Positions 38,119 to 53,413 of a stretch of 64,000 bases of DNA are shown in pieces. Within the stretch, counting starts at the first letter, position 1; the number at the start of each line of letters is the position of its first letter. This DNA comes from Octopus vulgaris (taxonomy: Eukaryota). Under the pieces are notes generated by a model that ran no database searches, was not told where the DNA came from, and worked only from the letters and a program-made list of their open reading frames with translations. The stretch spans positions 68,634,001 to 68,698,000 of the forward strand of contig OX597821.1 in NCBI GenBank assembly GCA_951406725.2, read 5' to 3'. The position numbers and the translations under genes were made by a program.

Positions 38119-40118
38119 TACTTCGACAGTATAGTCCCTCATAAAGGAAAGGCTTGGCTCACCGCAGCTGTTGTACCTTTAATCATAGGTCTGTTCGACC
38201 AGAGCTGACCTGGAACTTACCATGAAAAACAACTGCAACTTCTACAAAACTCCTCTTCCTCCAACACTCAAAGATCATTACTAATTTACTATACCACACT
38301 TCGTTTTCTGTCGACTTGTCTGGCAAGATGACATTCGCACTACATTTCCTGTTAAACATTGTATTTATGTTGTCTTATTCCATTATTATTTCTTTAAAGT
38401 TACTAAAACACCTCTTCTCAGACGGATAAATCGATTTACGTAGGATCAGCAACCCTTCATAGCAAAAAGCAAAGTTACAGAAGCATCGAGGACAATCCAA
38501 AAACCAACCAGTCTGGGAGAGGAACGTCTTCCCTCGGGGAAATCATATGAGGCGGGATACTGGGGCAAAATTGAAATAGCAGGGTTCCAGCTGGAGAAAA
38601 GCAGAAAATACAGCCTAGAGCCGAGAGAAGTGGAGAGAAGTTGTCGATGACCTATGCTCCGTACGGAGCGAAAGGCTTAATGAAAAAAAATGGACTTCGC
38701 TGGCAATTTATTTCATCGACTTCGGTAAGATGGAAGGCAAGCAAAAAATTCCAATGAAATCAACTTTGCCTTTCATCCGTCTATGGTCGTTATAATAAAA
38801 TACCAATCAAATACTGGGATCTATACAATTAATTGTTCCCTTCTGCTAAAATTTGAGACCCTGTGCTAATGTAACACAAAAAAAAACTATCGGTTTTACG
38901 TGGCATTGTTCCATCATTACGTCTTTGTAAGCCAACAACATCTAAGATCGCCGCACTTCTCGGGAGTACTATGGCCGTTTGAGTGATTTACTGTTAATTT
39001 TCCTTTCAAGTCCAAGCAACAATGAGAAGATTCGTACAACATTTTTAGCTGTATCTCATTTTAAACAGCCTGGTAAATATCAATATGAGCTGGTAGAACT
39101 GTTAGCACGTCGGACAAAATGCTTTACAGAATTTCTTCCTGTTGTTTACGTTCTGTGTTCGAATCCCACCGAGGTCAACTTAGCTTTTCATCCCCTTCAC
39201 GGTCGATAAAATAAAGTACCTTAAACCCTGCAACAGACTCGGTATCCCGTTCGAGGGGAATATTGCGATTTCGGTCACTTATTCGCCATGGAAACCGGCT
39301 AACCAGCCTCTCTAACTACTAGGCCATGTGCCTTCACTCTGTAATATATTGGTTGACACAAAACTAAATGCGTATTCTCTAATAAGAAAGATAAGCCAAT
39401 GTGAGTGTCATTACCTGGCTGCTCCATCTGCTAGAAATAGCAGCCAAATCTCCTTCATATCAAAGTTGAATGTATTTTTAAAATGTTAGACATATTGGAT
39501 GATGTAATCTGACAGGATTGCTATGGATAAAACGACTTTCATTACTGGGTTGCTCGTTCAAGACTAATATAGAATGAACAAAAACTTCCTACAAACCTCA
39601 GTAAAGCTTTTCAGTTGAGGTGCGAACAAATTACACAGCCGACATACAATCTAGAACAGTTATCATGATCGTCCGCTTTAAAATCTATCAAAATATCCTA
39701 AGATAAACCAATGCGTAATATCTAAAGAGATATTAAAATATGTTTTTAGACAATAAGCATTCAAAAGTAGGCCAGCTGTACAGAAAGAAGTTATTTCATT
39801 TGTGTTGCCGGAGAAAATTTTTTTTTTTTTAAGAATGAAATGCTTGTCACTAAAGATTCTCTAATCGTCAATCACACACACAATAGTTTTCTAGAGGATA
39901 CGGAAGTTGGAGATTTTAGATTACGAAAAGTAGCTTCCGTTCATTTTCTCATGACAAGTGTATAAAAAGTGTTATAAAGGTCGAAATGAAACTGATTCCT
40001 TGCGGAAATGTTCCATGATGGTCGAATGGACAAAATGTTTCGTATATACCCCCTACTCCTGACAAAATTACACCAGATTGACAATCGGCTACAAAAGAAA
40101 TCTACGACTGAAACAGCT

Positions 40119-40252
<134 letters not shown>

Positions 40253-40430
40253 CTTTAAACTTCAGATTCTGTACCGTCAAATTTTAGTGGCTTTCCGGTG
40301 GCATAATGTGCCAGACAACATACTTATGCATAAACCACGAACGTTATAATGGCTTCTTATTCTTTTCTTACGGTTGTTGTTGTTGTTGTTGTTGTTGCTC
40401 GCTTAACTTTTGCCTTTTTTTACACTACTT

Positions 40431-41283
<853 letters not shown>

Positions 41284-41990
41284 TGCTTATTATTATTACC
41301 ATTATTACTATTGTCATTTTCAGGTTTATGCTTATTATTATAACTATTATCATCTTTAGTAGCAGTAGTATCTATTACAATTACGATTATTATTATATTA
41401 GCTATGGGAGAGAGAGAAGGTGCTGTAATTGAGGATGGGAGTGGTGGTGGCGGTGGTGGTGGTGGTGGTGGTGGTGGTGGTGGTGGTGGTGGTGGTGGTG
41501 GTGGTGGTGGTGGTGGTGATGGCGGTGGTGGTAGCAGCGGTGGTGGATTGCAGTGGTGGAGGTAGCCGTCGTGGTGGTCATCGTCGTCATTGTCGTCGTT
41601 GTGGTGTTGGTGTTGGTGGTGGTGGTGGTGGTGGTGGTGATAGTGGCAGTACCTCATCTTACTCTTCTGCGTCACCTCAACCTTCTTCGGCTTCAGTTCG
41701 AAAGCCAAAACCCAGGAATTCACTTGATCAAATGATGCTTAAATAGTTCAAGTCTTAATGATTTCCCGTCTGAGCTAAAACTGTGGCCGGAAACATCAGC
41801 TGAAGACAATCTGTCTCAAGAACTCTCTAAACATCTTTCAGCGGTGGTGCTGATGGTAAACGTGGTGACAGCGGTTAACGTGATGATGGTGATGACGGTG
41901 GTGGTGGTGGATGGAATCTGCAATATATTATAATATGCATATGTATGTATTTATATATAATTATATGTACGTATGTATGCATATACATAG

Positions 41991-42033
<43 letters not shown>

Positions 42034-42199
42034 TGTGTGTGTGTGTGTGTGCATATATATATGTACGTATATGTACATATATGTATATCTACATATATAT
42101 ATATACATATCTTTATATTTATATATCATATGTATACAAATGAGTGCATATATATATTATATATATATTATATGTATATACATGAGTATATATATATAT

Positions 42200-42239
<40 letters not shown>

Positions 42240-43379
42240 ACAAATATGTATGTATGTATGTATATTGAGAGAAAGAGAAGTCGATGAGGAGAAGCGAGGC
42301 GCTCTTCAGACAGATGGTAACCACTCCATCAGGCTGTTTTCTGGCAGGTCTCCATTTTGGCAAATATTTCAACAAGCAAGCAGAGTAAAACGGATCGGAG
42401 GTAATTTTCGGTGTAGTGGATCGATTGGACGACAGTTGCATTTTAAAAAGGAAACCAAACAATAGTAGAATTGCAAATAATATAGGAAATAACGTGTCTT
42501 AATAAGGTCCCACCTCAATGAGAACAGGAGACAATAGTCGATTCAGGCAATGTGGCAAAAGAAAGTAAGAAGGAAAGCATCACAGCTTTTGTGCGAGAAT
42601 CTCACAATGATATTTAAAATATCCTGCTAATGATGATATTAAAGCGGTGTCGACTTTAAACGATTTAATCAATAACCTAATTAGTTCGTTTGTGTCAACT
42701 AAGTTTACTCCTTAGCTATTGATGTCGACATCAAAATCAATAATAATTTGGTGTGTTTTGGGACCTATACTAAGATGGCGGCGACCTGTTCGTGCGTGCG
42801 TGCGTGCGTTATGTATTGTGTATGCGCTTCGTGTGAGAACATCTGCATCTGTGCGTGTGTTTGTGTGTATGTATGTCTGTGTATGTGTGTGGCTATCTGT
42901 CTATGCATCTCTAGATGAATGAATGTGGTGTGCGGTGAGAATGTTATATGTATGTGTATGTGTAAATGTCATGTGTAAACGACCACGCAGATTGAATGCA
43001 TGCGGTGAACTGGTGTGTGTATGAATGTGTATGTATACGTGTGTGTGTGTGTGTCATTTAATAAAAGTGTATGCAGAGAGAAATTTATGAGTGAATATGC
43101 GGTATATATGTGTGTATGTATATGCGTGTGTATATGTTTGGTATAAATGTAATTCGGAAAATGTGGGGTACAGAATGAACTTCAGTGTGAAAATATGTGG
43201 TTTTTGTCTCTGTGTGTGGTGTGTGTGTGTGTGTGTGGTGTGTGTGTGTGTGTGTGTGCGTGTGTGTGTGTGCGTGTGTGTGTTTGTAGTTCGTATGAGT
43301 GTGTGTATGTGTGTATATTTGTGTGTGGCTGTGTGTGTGAGTGTGTGTGTGTAAGTCAGTGCATCATGTATGCATGTGA

Positions 43380-43427
<48 letters not shown>

Positions 43428-43919
43428 ATGGCGAGTGTGGAAAGTGAAAGATTAGCATCGATATTTGTTCAACAAAGTTATCAGTTCAATCAAGTAGCGG
43501 ATAATATTACCACTCGGGGAAGTGGAATCAAATATAATCTGATAGTAAAAAATAAATGGGTGTTAGCAGACGACACACTGCTAACCGTCTCTTGTCTTCC
43601 GCTTTTAATCAGTTTGTCGAACGCTACAGAACTCCTCAGAAGTGAAGGTAGAAAGTTTGTGATTATGCAATTGTTTTTTTTTTTTTTGATTTATGTTGGA
43701 AAGATGTAGCAATGAATAAGTTTATGCTTTCTTCTTCTCTCTTTCTTTTTCACAATCTCCCTCTTTCTGCTACCCTACGCTCCTTTATCTGGTCTACCTT
43801 TTACCACCCTTTCTGTTGAGATGGAAACGGTCCAAGTTTTCTTTCTTTTCTTTCACATACACTTTTTAGACAGACAGACAGGCAAGCAGGCAGACAGACG
43901 GACAGACGGACAGACGGAC

Positions 43920-44022
<103 letters not shown>

Positions 44023-44456
44023 TGGAAAGAGAGAGAGAAAGAGAGAGGGAGAGAAAGAGGGACAAATAGATAAACAGACAGACACACACACACACAGAAA
44101 GATAGATTGATAGATAGACAGTTAGATAGACGGATAGATCGATAAACAGACAGACAGATTAACAGAGTGATAGATAGATAGATAAATACATACGTACATA
44201 TATACATACATAGATACATACATACAGTCTCCATATATATATATATATTCGAACATACGGTGGAGCGCGAGCGCGTGTCAGTCCTTGTATGTGCTTATAT
44301 GTGTGCGCGCGCGCGTAAATATGTTTGAATGCATATATATATATATATGTACATGTGTCTGAAAAGCTGTAAACAGCGAAAATGTTTAACACAATACGAA
44401 AATTTCATTCCCGAAGGTTTGTATCAATTCTTAATTTATTTAAGAAAATTTTTCTT

Positions 44457-44546
<90 letters not shown>

Positions 44547-44634
44547 AATGTTTATTTTTGTTGTTGTTGTTGTTTTGTATACATATGTTTGTGTATACTT
44601 TGCACCTTTCACTAATTCAATCTCTCTTTTTCTC

Positions 44635-44973
44635 TCTCCACTACGTTGACCAAAAATTCTATTCAAGAACTCGGTTGGGAAGTTCTACCGCGCCTATCGT
44701 ATTCAGAGCATCACCTTCCACGGTCGCCTTCCAACATTCTGTAAGTAATTTCGTTTAACAACGACGTGGAGCTGACGAGGTGGCTCGATGAATCTTTCGA
44801 GGCAAGACACGGTGATTTCTGTCGTGAAGCCATTGACAAGGGAGTGGAACGTTGACAGAAAGTCGTGAACATTGAAGAATAATGTATTATTGACTGCGTT
44901 CTTAAAATTGTGGATGAAAAATGAGGTTGGAAAAAAATGGTAAAAAAAAAAAAACGAGTTATTTGACAACCCA
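44635..44973 (+). mobile_element. Mariner transposase C-terminal remnant with probable right end
   Basis: IQELGWEVLP and FNNDVELTRWLDESF..IDKGVER*QKVV remnants. Confidence 0.8.
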
Positions 44974-45532
44974 AAAAAAATGAGTATGTGTGTATATAAA
45001 CATATATATATATATATGTATATCTCTTATGATAAAAGACAGATTTTCTCTGCCTCTGACATAGTTTGTTTTTAATACAATTGTACAATATAGAATTTCT
45101 TCAATTGGAATTTACCTATGATTTTTCGGAGTAGATTCCATTGGGTCATGGCATATAAAGTTTTTTCAATTTGACCCCCAATTAAGCAAAAATTCGAGAA
45201 AACTAAATATTTTACGATTTGCCTCTCTAATTTCAACTGCTTCACTCCTTCTATTACCACACTTTCTCCTACTTTCTCTTTGCAAGTGTACCTTCAACCA
45301 CTACTCAAAAAAAATACACAGGAAACAGAAACAAATAAATACATAACGATTTACTCCTCACACAATTTCTTCAATTGGAATTTACCTATGATTTTTCGAA
45401 GTACATTCCATTCTATATTTTATAAATTAAAATTGGTTTTTAATTTACTTTCTGTCGCTAAGTTTTGGTAGTATTAATTTGCAAGCGTACTTTAGTTGTC
45501 AATTGTTGAAAGAAACAAATTGTAAGCTAAGA

Positions 45533-45572
<40 letters not shown>

Positions 45573-45680
45573 GTGTGCGTGTGAGTGTGTGTCTGTGTGT
45601 GTGTGAGTGGACAGATGTACATACATACATACATACATGTGTGTGTGTGTGTATGTATGTGTATTATTGTGTGTGTGTTA

Positions 45681-46071
45681 TCTCTCTCTATATAAAGCTG
45701 AAGTTGTCTGTGTGCGCCAGGTTTGGTAACCTTCAACTAACACTATCTCCTCCGAGACCCTGCGGCGCAAGTTGACCAAAATTGAGAGTATGATAGAAGA
45801 AAGATTGCTCTTCCTTCCGTAGAACATAAAATTCAAATCGGACCATGTTAACACCAAAAGTTATTTACATCAAAAAGGTGCTTTTTTCTATGAAAATCCC
45901 TATTTTTTACGATTTTTTCACTGCTGTGTCGCCACTTTTCGGTGTATTTCAACCAGAAAGATGTTCACTTGAAGAGAATAACAAGCTACATAATGCAAAT
46001 TTTTTACTTTTCAAAAATTCCAATTCCAGCGGGTCGAAACAAACCCGAGCAACGCCGGGCGATACTGCTAG
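45681..46071 (+). mobile_element. Non-autonomous Helitron
   Basis: A|TC start; ends ACAAACCCGAGCAACGCCGGGCGATACTGCTAG|T, identical to the 3' end of 12937-13449. Confidence 0.85.
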
Positions 46072-46114
46072 TATATATGTAAACACGCATACATGTGTAT
46101 GTTTATATACGCAT

Positions 46115-46176
<62 letters not shown>

Positions 46177-46599
46177 TAATAGGCACATGAGTGACTGCGT
46201 GGTAAGTAGATTGCTTACCAACCACATGGTTTTGGGTTCAGTCCCACTGTGTGGTACCTCGGGCAAGTGTGTATATATATATTGTATATGTTTGTGTGTC
46301 TGTGTTTGTCCCCCACCCCACCATCGCTTGCAACCGATGCTGGTGCGTTTAGGTCCCCGTAACTTAGCGGTTCGGAAAAAGTGACTGATAGAATAAGTAC
46401 TAGGCTTACAAAGAATAAGTCCTGGGGTCGATTTCTTCGACTAAAGGTGATGCTCCTGCATGGCCGCAGTCAAATGACTTAAACAAATAAAAGTATAGAA
46501 GATTAAAAAACGGGAAAAGAATATATATATATATATAAGTACACACATGCATGTGTGTATTTATATACTCATATAGAAACATAGATAGATAGATTAATT

Positions 46600-46801
46600 T
46601 CATTTTTTATTTGTTTCAGTCATTAGACTCCGGCCATACTGGAGCACCGCCTTGACGAACTTTTAATTGAATGAACCAACTCCAATACTTATTTCTTTTT
46701 AAGCCTGGTACTTATTTTATGGGTCTCTTCTGCCGAACCGCTAATGCTACGGAGACGTAAACATACCAACACCGACTGTCAAGCGGTAGTGCAAACACAC
46801 A

Positions 46802-46843
<42 letters not shown>

Positions 46844-47225
46844 AAATGTGACCTCGTGTGTATCGTTGGAGATTTTTTTTCCTCTGTCTTCCCTTCTCTG
46901 GATCTTTCCTTCTCCTATGTTTCCGACGAAGAGCTCCGCTCGAAGCGTTAAACCCTCCTTCTTTCCTTCTTTCCTGAGCGTCCAATAATACTATATTTGT
47001 TCCACGTCCTCGCGTTGTTGTGTTTTTTTTGTGTGCTTTCTTGTTTGGATTAACTTTAACTATCTATATATATATGTATACGACAGGCTTCTTTCAGTTT
47101 CCGCCTACCAGATCCACCCACAAGGCTTTGGTTGGCTCGAGGCTAAAGTTTCATGCAGTGGGATTGAACCCAGAATCATGTGGTTGGGCAGCAAAGTTCC
47201 TACCACACAGCTACGCTTGCGCTTA
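46600..47225 (-). mobile_element. SINE family B whose internal microsatellite hosts a PLE pLTR-like fragment (46845-47062, +)
   Basis: Tail 46600-46795, head 47078-47225; insert matches 7590-7745. Confidence 0.8.
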
Positions 47226-48719
47226 TGTAGATATATAGAGAGAGAATGGATAGAGAGAAAGAGAGAGAAAGAGAAAGAGAGGATGAATAGAGAAAAAGAG
47301 AGAGAGAGAGAAAGATGATGAATAGAGAGAAAAAGAGAGAGAGATGGGAAGAGAGAGAGCTGCATCTATGGTTGCATTAATATAGTGCCAATATTTTCTT
47401 ATCAGTAAACTTGCCACGTCTGTTTTATATGTATGAATGCATATTGTGTGTGTTTGCTTGTTTGTGTGTGTGTGTGTGTGTGCTTTGGTCTGCAGTGTAA
47501 TATTTAACCCTGAAGCAAGAATTAAATTCCAAAATCTCATGACAAAATCTTCTTTTATGAGGATTCCTAATTTTAAACTTCTCAATAAGAATTTTATAAT
47601 TACAACTCTTAAGAATTGCTTAAATAATCTGGACAACTTGGATTTCATCATTGTCTCTCAGTGAATAAGATTTCTCCATAATCCCCTTACTTATTACCAT
47701 TCTCCCCGCCGCTGCCAACACCACTAGCACCACCACCATCATCATCATTATCATCATCATCATCATCATCATCGTCATTACTATCATCATGGTAGCCGTT
47801 GCCGTCATTGTTAAGCCAATATTATTATCACTATCATTAAGAGATGAACAACAATGGCCCGAGGTTACTCTGATTGTCAACAACAACATAGATTTTATTG
47901 AGTCATGAGCTGCGACGGCCTTGAGTTAGTCTAAATGTCCACAAGAACACATTATATCAAAACATGAATTCAATGACCTGAAGTTACCCTGAGCGTCGGC
48001 AAGGATACCTTACACAGTCTCATCTGGAACATTTCCAGATCGAACATAACAGTCAACTTCTAGAAACTTTCAGCTTTTTTTTTTCTTTTTTTTTTTTTTT
48101 TTTGTTTCTGTCGTTCAAATTGTGGCCATTCCGGTATATTTTTTCCGGGCACATTGTATGTGAGACTGCATTGTCCAGTATGTCCTTTTAAGAAAGAAAA
48201 AACAATAAAAAACAATAAGATTTGACTCGGGGTAGATTTGGTTACTAATTCTGGTAAGTCGAGCAACGATGTAGAGATTCCCCCGTCGTTTGGTTAGGCA
48301 GTTTTATCGAGGGACACTGCTGGTTTGTGTCAAGTTCGAATACTAGGACATGAGACGTTTTGGTACAGGCGTTTTGGTCCCATCTATTTGGCGTCGCTGG
48401 TTTAACACAGATTTATTTGATACCAGACATCCTGTCCGTCCTTCAGTCTCTCTCTTTCTCTCTCTCTCCCTCTCTTTATTTCCCTCACTCTCTCTTTCTC
48501 CCTCTTTCTCCGCTTTCTCTCTCTTCCCCATTTCACTCTCTCTCTCTCTCTTTACCCTCTCTCTGTTTATATTTTCCCCCTCTCTTTCTCTCACTTTACT
48601 TGTTTATATTTCCTCTTTCTCTCTCTCTCTCTCACTTTGTGTATTTTTCTGCACATGTGTAGATGTGTGCGTGTGTTTGCCTCCAGTGTTTAAAAATTTC
48701 TGTCACAAAAACAAGTCCG

Positions 48720-48885
48720 ATGTGCAGTCAGCTGCGCCAAATGGCCACCGTCCAATCAGCCGCGCCCGACCGTCTCAGTCCGCCAAGATACAATAGAGGA
48801 AATGAAAGACGACCGACGCCTTCTTGTTTACTGTCTACAACTCACCTTCTTGTGAGCTTCCGGTTGTTCATTGGTTCTATAGTAA
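48720..48885 (-). promoter_or_regulatory. Candidate promoter / first exon
   Basis: Locally CpG-rich; CCAAT at 48752 (+) and 48870 (-); ETS-like CCGGAAG at 48857-48863 (-); consensus donor AAG|GTGAGT at 48846 (-). Confidence 0.35.
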
Positions 48886-48999
48886 AAGTTTCCTTACAAA
48901 CTTCCTTTCACAAGAAGCGTTTGGCAATATTTATATGTCTGATGCCTATTATGAAAGAGGTAAAATAAGACTGAAAACCTTGCGGTCAGTTATTTCCTT

Positions 49000-50810
49000 T
49001 CCAACGAATTCCTCCACGATTTCTTCCAGTATCTCTAGAAAAAGATATGATAATAGGGGGAGAGAATTTGTAACTCACTATAAATTTTATGGATGTTGGA
49101 TGACAGGAGCAAGTACAACATAAAGGAAACGAAGAGGCGCTTAAAAGTATAACGACCGATATGCTTGCAACAAGGGTGGTTTCCCAGAGCTAAGGCGCGA
49201 TCTCTAAGACACGGAAGGACGAAAGTCATTCGATGGGCCTGGTTGGTGGAATCGCAACAAAACCGCTATTCGGGCTTTGGCGGACCATGAAAAATGCATG
49301 CTATTCCATTTTGAGTTGAAATGCGCGGCTTTTCAGCGGCACTTCGCTCGGGTGTTCGAGACGAGTGGTGAACTTCAGTGCCTACTTCGATGGTCTGCCG
49401 CAATTTTCGGAGGCAGAAGTGGAATGATGTGAAAAGCTGTTAACAGCCACTGAAACACAGATGGCGATGGTTAACTTCACGGCAGGCAAATCGCTTTGGT
49501 TTGAATAGTCTGCTTTACGAACTGTATGCTGATATACCAAACTTGCACGATGACCCCTTAATAAACGTCTATCGAAACAAGAAGCACAAAGGAGGATTCC
49601 CATTTCTGTCAGCCGAGGAGTGGTGTCACAATTGGGAGATACGAATGGAGGGGACATATGATATATTTCGGTCCATAACTCTGAAAAATGCAGATTTCAA
49701 ACATTTTGCAAAGGGGTTAGCGAAGAGATCGGCATTTGTCATCGGTGATGTTTAGATATGCTCCATTCTGAACATATCTATCTATCACAACCACCACTTT
49801 AAGTAATATGTCATGGACAGGGTAGGTATCGAACGCGATGCGACAGCAATCTACTTAGTTCAATCAAAAATCTCCAATAAGATCGACCACCAATACTTAG
49901 CGGTTGCCTTCGCAGCAATCCATTGCGATCCCATTCTCAAGGGCTGGATCGTTGCAATGTGACATCTGTTCGGAGGTCAGTGAATACGGTCTCTTAGCAG
50001 AAATGTTCCCTTTCATACACTCGGACTGTCAAGATTGACCTCTATCGTCTCTTTTCTATGTATTAACTCTAGAGCTACCACTGCAAAACATGAACTAGCT
50101 GCAGAATATTTGTGTCAGTAAATGCGGATGATGCCACTACCATAGTGTCGGACATCAACCACATCTGGGTAATCGGCACCATTTTAAAAGACTACGAAAC
50201 GATGACAGCAGCTAAAATTAACTAGGAAAATTTGATGGATCTGCAACAAGATATCTGGGGAAGCAGGTTCATGCCGTCCAACAGTATCGTGGAGCGCTAG
50301 ACGATTATATTATTAGATGTCCTGTTTGTTCCAGATCTTCGGATAGACGAAAACTGGGAATAGATGACGAATGGAGTGGCCATTATCACCAGAAATGATT
50401 TGAGATTAAGCTTTTCCTGAAAGGTCGGGTAGACGTAGCAAACACCTACATTGTCTCCGTCATTTATTACCTATTTCTTTACCACCCACAAGGGGCTAAA
50501 CACAGAGGGGACAAACAAGGACAGACAAACGGATTAAGTCGATTACATCGACCCCAGTGCGTAACTGGTACTTTATTTATCGACCCCGAAAGGATGAAAG
50601 GCAAAGTCGACCTCGGCGGAATTTGAACTCAGAACGTAACGGCAGACGAAATACCGCTAAGCATTTCGCCCGGCGTGCTAACGTTTCTGCCAGTTCCGTC
50701 ATTTATTACCGCCTGACCATTGTGCCGAGACCCGGTTCATATCTGATCGGACAGGAACATCTATTCTTCCGCATTTTGTGGAAAGTACGCGTTCTACTAG
50801 AGTACCACTC
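49000..50810 (+). mobile_element. Heavily decayed Tx1/L1-like LINE ORF2 remnant
   Basis: Degenerate RT motifs in the expected order: KIDHQYL, CQD*PSIVS/PLSSLFYVLTLE, VSVNADDATTIV, FLKGRVDVANTYI. Confidence 0.7.
50472..50694 (-). mobile_element. Young SINE family A insertion with 16-bp TSD
   Basis: TCCGTCATTTATTACC at 50456-50471 and 50695-50710; CpGs intact. Confidence 0.93.
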
Positions 50811-52229
50811 AATTGTCTCGATTGATTAAATCGGCAAAAACTACTTTCTTCGTACCGTCATCAAACAAAAATCTGGTTGTGACAGAAAGAATTATAATCA
50901 AAGTCAGCAGATAGTAAAATCACTAGAGCGCAAGAGCTTTCTGAGTTCAAATTTAGTCCTCTAAATCTCACTTTTAATCCTCCCGGGGTCGATAAAAAAA
51001 ATTACTTCTCATGATACTTAAAGTGATTTCTCTTCACCATGCGTACGTATTTGTGGTTTGTAACAAAACTGTAAACATCTTTTCAAGGTCGATAATTAAG
51101 AAATCTATTAACAGGAATTACTTCCCTTCTTTATTACAGCTGAATATTTTTCAGCTTTGATTAATTCATAAAAGTGATTGGCCCAGGAATCTAAACTGAA
51201 TATGTATGTTATATCACGTAATGCTTGACTTTATGATCTGGTGAAACTCCTAATAATTACTATCCTATTTTTCAGTTGATAACTATCTGCTTTAGAAAAT
51301 GGTGCAAATATTCATGATGTTGTTCGACAATACGGGACATTCTGAACAACAGATGTGTTATCTCCCTTTACTGGATCTTCCCCAGTTATGAATTGACATT
51401 TTTTTACCACTTCATGTGGTGGTGTTAGAGAGAGAGAGTTGTTGTTTAGCCCCAAATCAGTCCCGATTGAGCAAATCTATAGTCTAAAGCGTCCCAGTCT
51501 TGACTATCCCATCTTTTTTATTCAAACATTGTCTAATCAGAACTGCATAATCAAATATGTCCTTTATTTCTTTTTCTTCGCTTTTTCACCCCTTTTCTTC
51601 GCTTTTACTTTCTTTCTTTTAAAGCCTGACTATAGATTGTGATCTGAGGGATATGTTGTTATTTATCGCAGGACTAACAACTACATAGAAGATCCGATAT
51701 TAGGTCGTGCTTCTATAGTTCACCAGCTAAAACGCCTAGGAACACATACATTCGACACACAGGGCTACCTAACATTATCAATATGCGTAACTTTCGAAAA
51801 TCCATGTACATGGTACCTTCCACCACCGCATGACCTGGCCTTAGGATACTTTTAGCAAAATCCTCTTTATTGCAAGCAATAGCACCATTGTCTTTGGTCA
51901 AAGAATAAATTCCACTCTTCTCTCTTCCTCAAACTTGAATAGAATCATAGCTGCTGTTCTTCATCCTCTGATGAAACAATAATGAAAATAAACGAAAATT
52001 AAAATAAAAGATTTTATTTTAAAAATGAACTGCTGTATGGTTGTGAAACCAGATTCGAAAAATAATAATAATTATGGCGAATCTTCCGAGCTCACCCTAT
52101 CGAAATTTAAATCTGCTTGATAAACATGTTAGTATCATTGACATGTAAACATATTTCTTAGCTTTAGGTAAATACATATATGTATATACATATATATATA
52201 TACATATATATATATACATATATATATAT

Positions 52230-52268
<39 letters not shown>

Positions 52269-52643
52269 AATTCAGTATCCAGTCAACTGTGATTCAGTAT
52301 CATTCGCAAATGAAACATTTCTCAAACGGTGTCACTAATAACTATAAGAGATGAAGCACAGCTCTACCTTTATTTGTCTCTCCCTCCCTCCCTCTCTCTC
52401 CTCTCGCGACACACACACTTTATATAAGTGAAAGTTTGTGGAGTCATTCGACCATCAAGAAATAGCAGTCAAATCTGCCTCAAATCAAATGACACCATCT
52501 TTAAAAAAAATAATTAAATACAATAAAACAGAAAGTAGACAATGCAGACTTAGACACTCCTAAAATGGAATGTCTTGTCCCTATCCCTGCAAGATGATGT
52601 TTTTTTCTTGTCGACCCCCAGAAAGATAAAGGCAGAATTAACC

Positions 52644-53413
52644 GGTGCTACTTTGGCGTGGTATCTACAACTTAGAGGGCGATTACTTTACGTTGCTGTT
52701 TAGTTTATTTTGTGTTAGTGCTCATTTGGCGTGTGATCTACGTCAGCAAATTTACTTCGGTGTGTGATAATTTTATCGATGAATTGAGCGAAGAACTGCT
52801 TGAAACGCAAGAAAAAAAAATCTTCAGAGCTCTGATTGAAAGGTTCTTTGGCCCACTTCTCTCGTCTTTTTGAAAAGAATCCAAACAAGTTCTTTCAGTA
52901 GCTTGAACATTGGTTCCAGTATTTGGATCAACATAATGTCTTTGGTGGTTGACAGTAAAATGGCGGAAATTTAAACGATCTAGATTGGAGTACGCTGGTC
53001 ATTCGTTGGAATTAATAACCGAATTTTCTACAACTTTTCTTTGAAGTATGGGTTCTAGTGTTTCACGATTTCTTTTTTCTACATAAAATTAACAGCAATC
53101 TGTACCTTCCAAAGCTCTTCTAATCTCACTTTGATTGTTTCTGTTGGCTACAGATGAGAAAGAATGCTGAAGACCATTTTCAATTCATCGATAAAATTAT
53201 TTTAATAATAATAAAACCGTTTCATTTATGTCCTAGTAAATAAAGAGGCCAAGAATAAACAATGTAATAATTAAAATAAGCGTGTAGATCACACACCAGA
53301 GTAAATTTGCTGACGTAGATCACACGACAAAGTAGCACTAGCACAAAGTAAATTAAAAAAGAAACCTAAAGTAATCGCGCTTTAAGTTGTAGATCACATG
53401 CCAAAGTAGTACC
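52644..53413 (-). mobile_element. Merlin (IS1016/IS1595-like) transposon, internally deleted
   Basis: About 125-bp imperfect TIRs starting GG; decayed 8-bp TSD AATTAACC/AGTCGACC; FYVEKRNRETLEPIL..AYSNL..HFTVNHQRHYVDPNTG motif. Confidence 0.88.

Noticed and set aside
41429-41746. ORF ending SSASPQPSSASVRKPKPRNSLDQMMLK
   Set aside because: Mostly (GGT)n-derived, with no splice or homology support
45093-45412. About 49-bp direct repeat some 270 bp apart
   Set aside because: No termini, TSD or RNA motif recognised; treated as a local duplication
51710-51950. Possible minus-strand terminal exon (acceptor near 51948, RMKNSSYDSIQV*)
   Set aside because: The acceptor is plausible, but only 12 codons follow and no upstream exon can be linked with confidence
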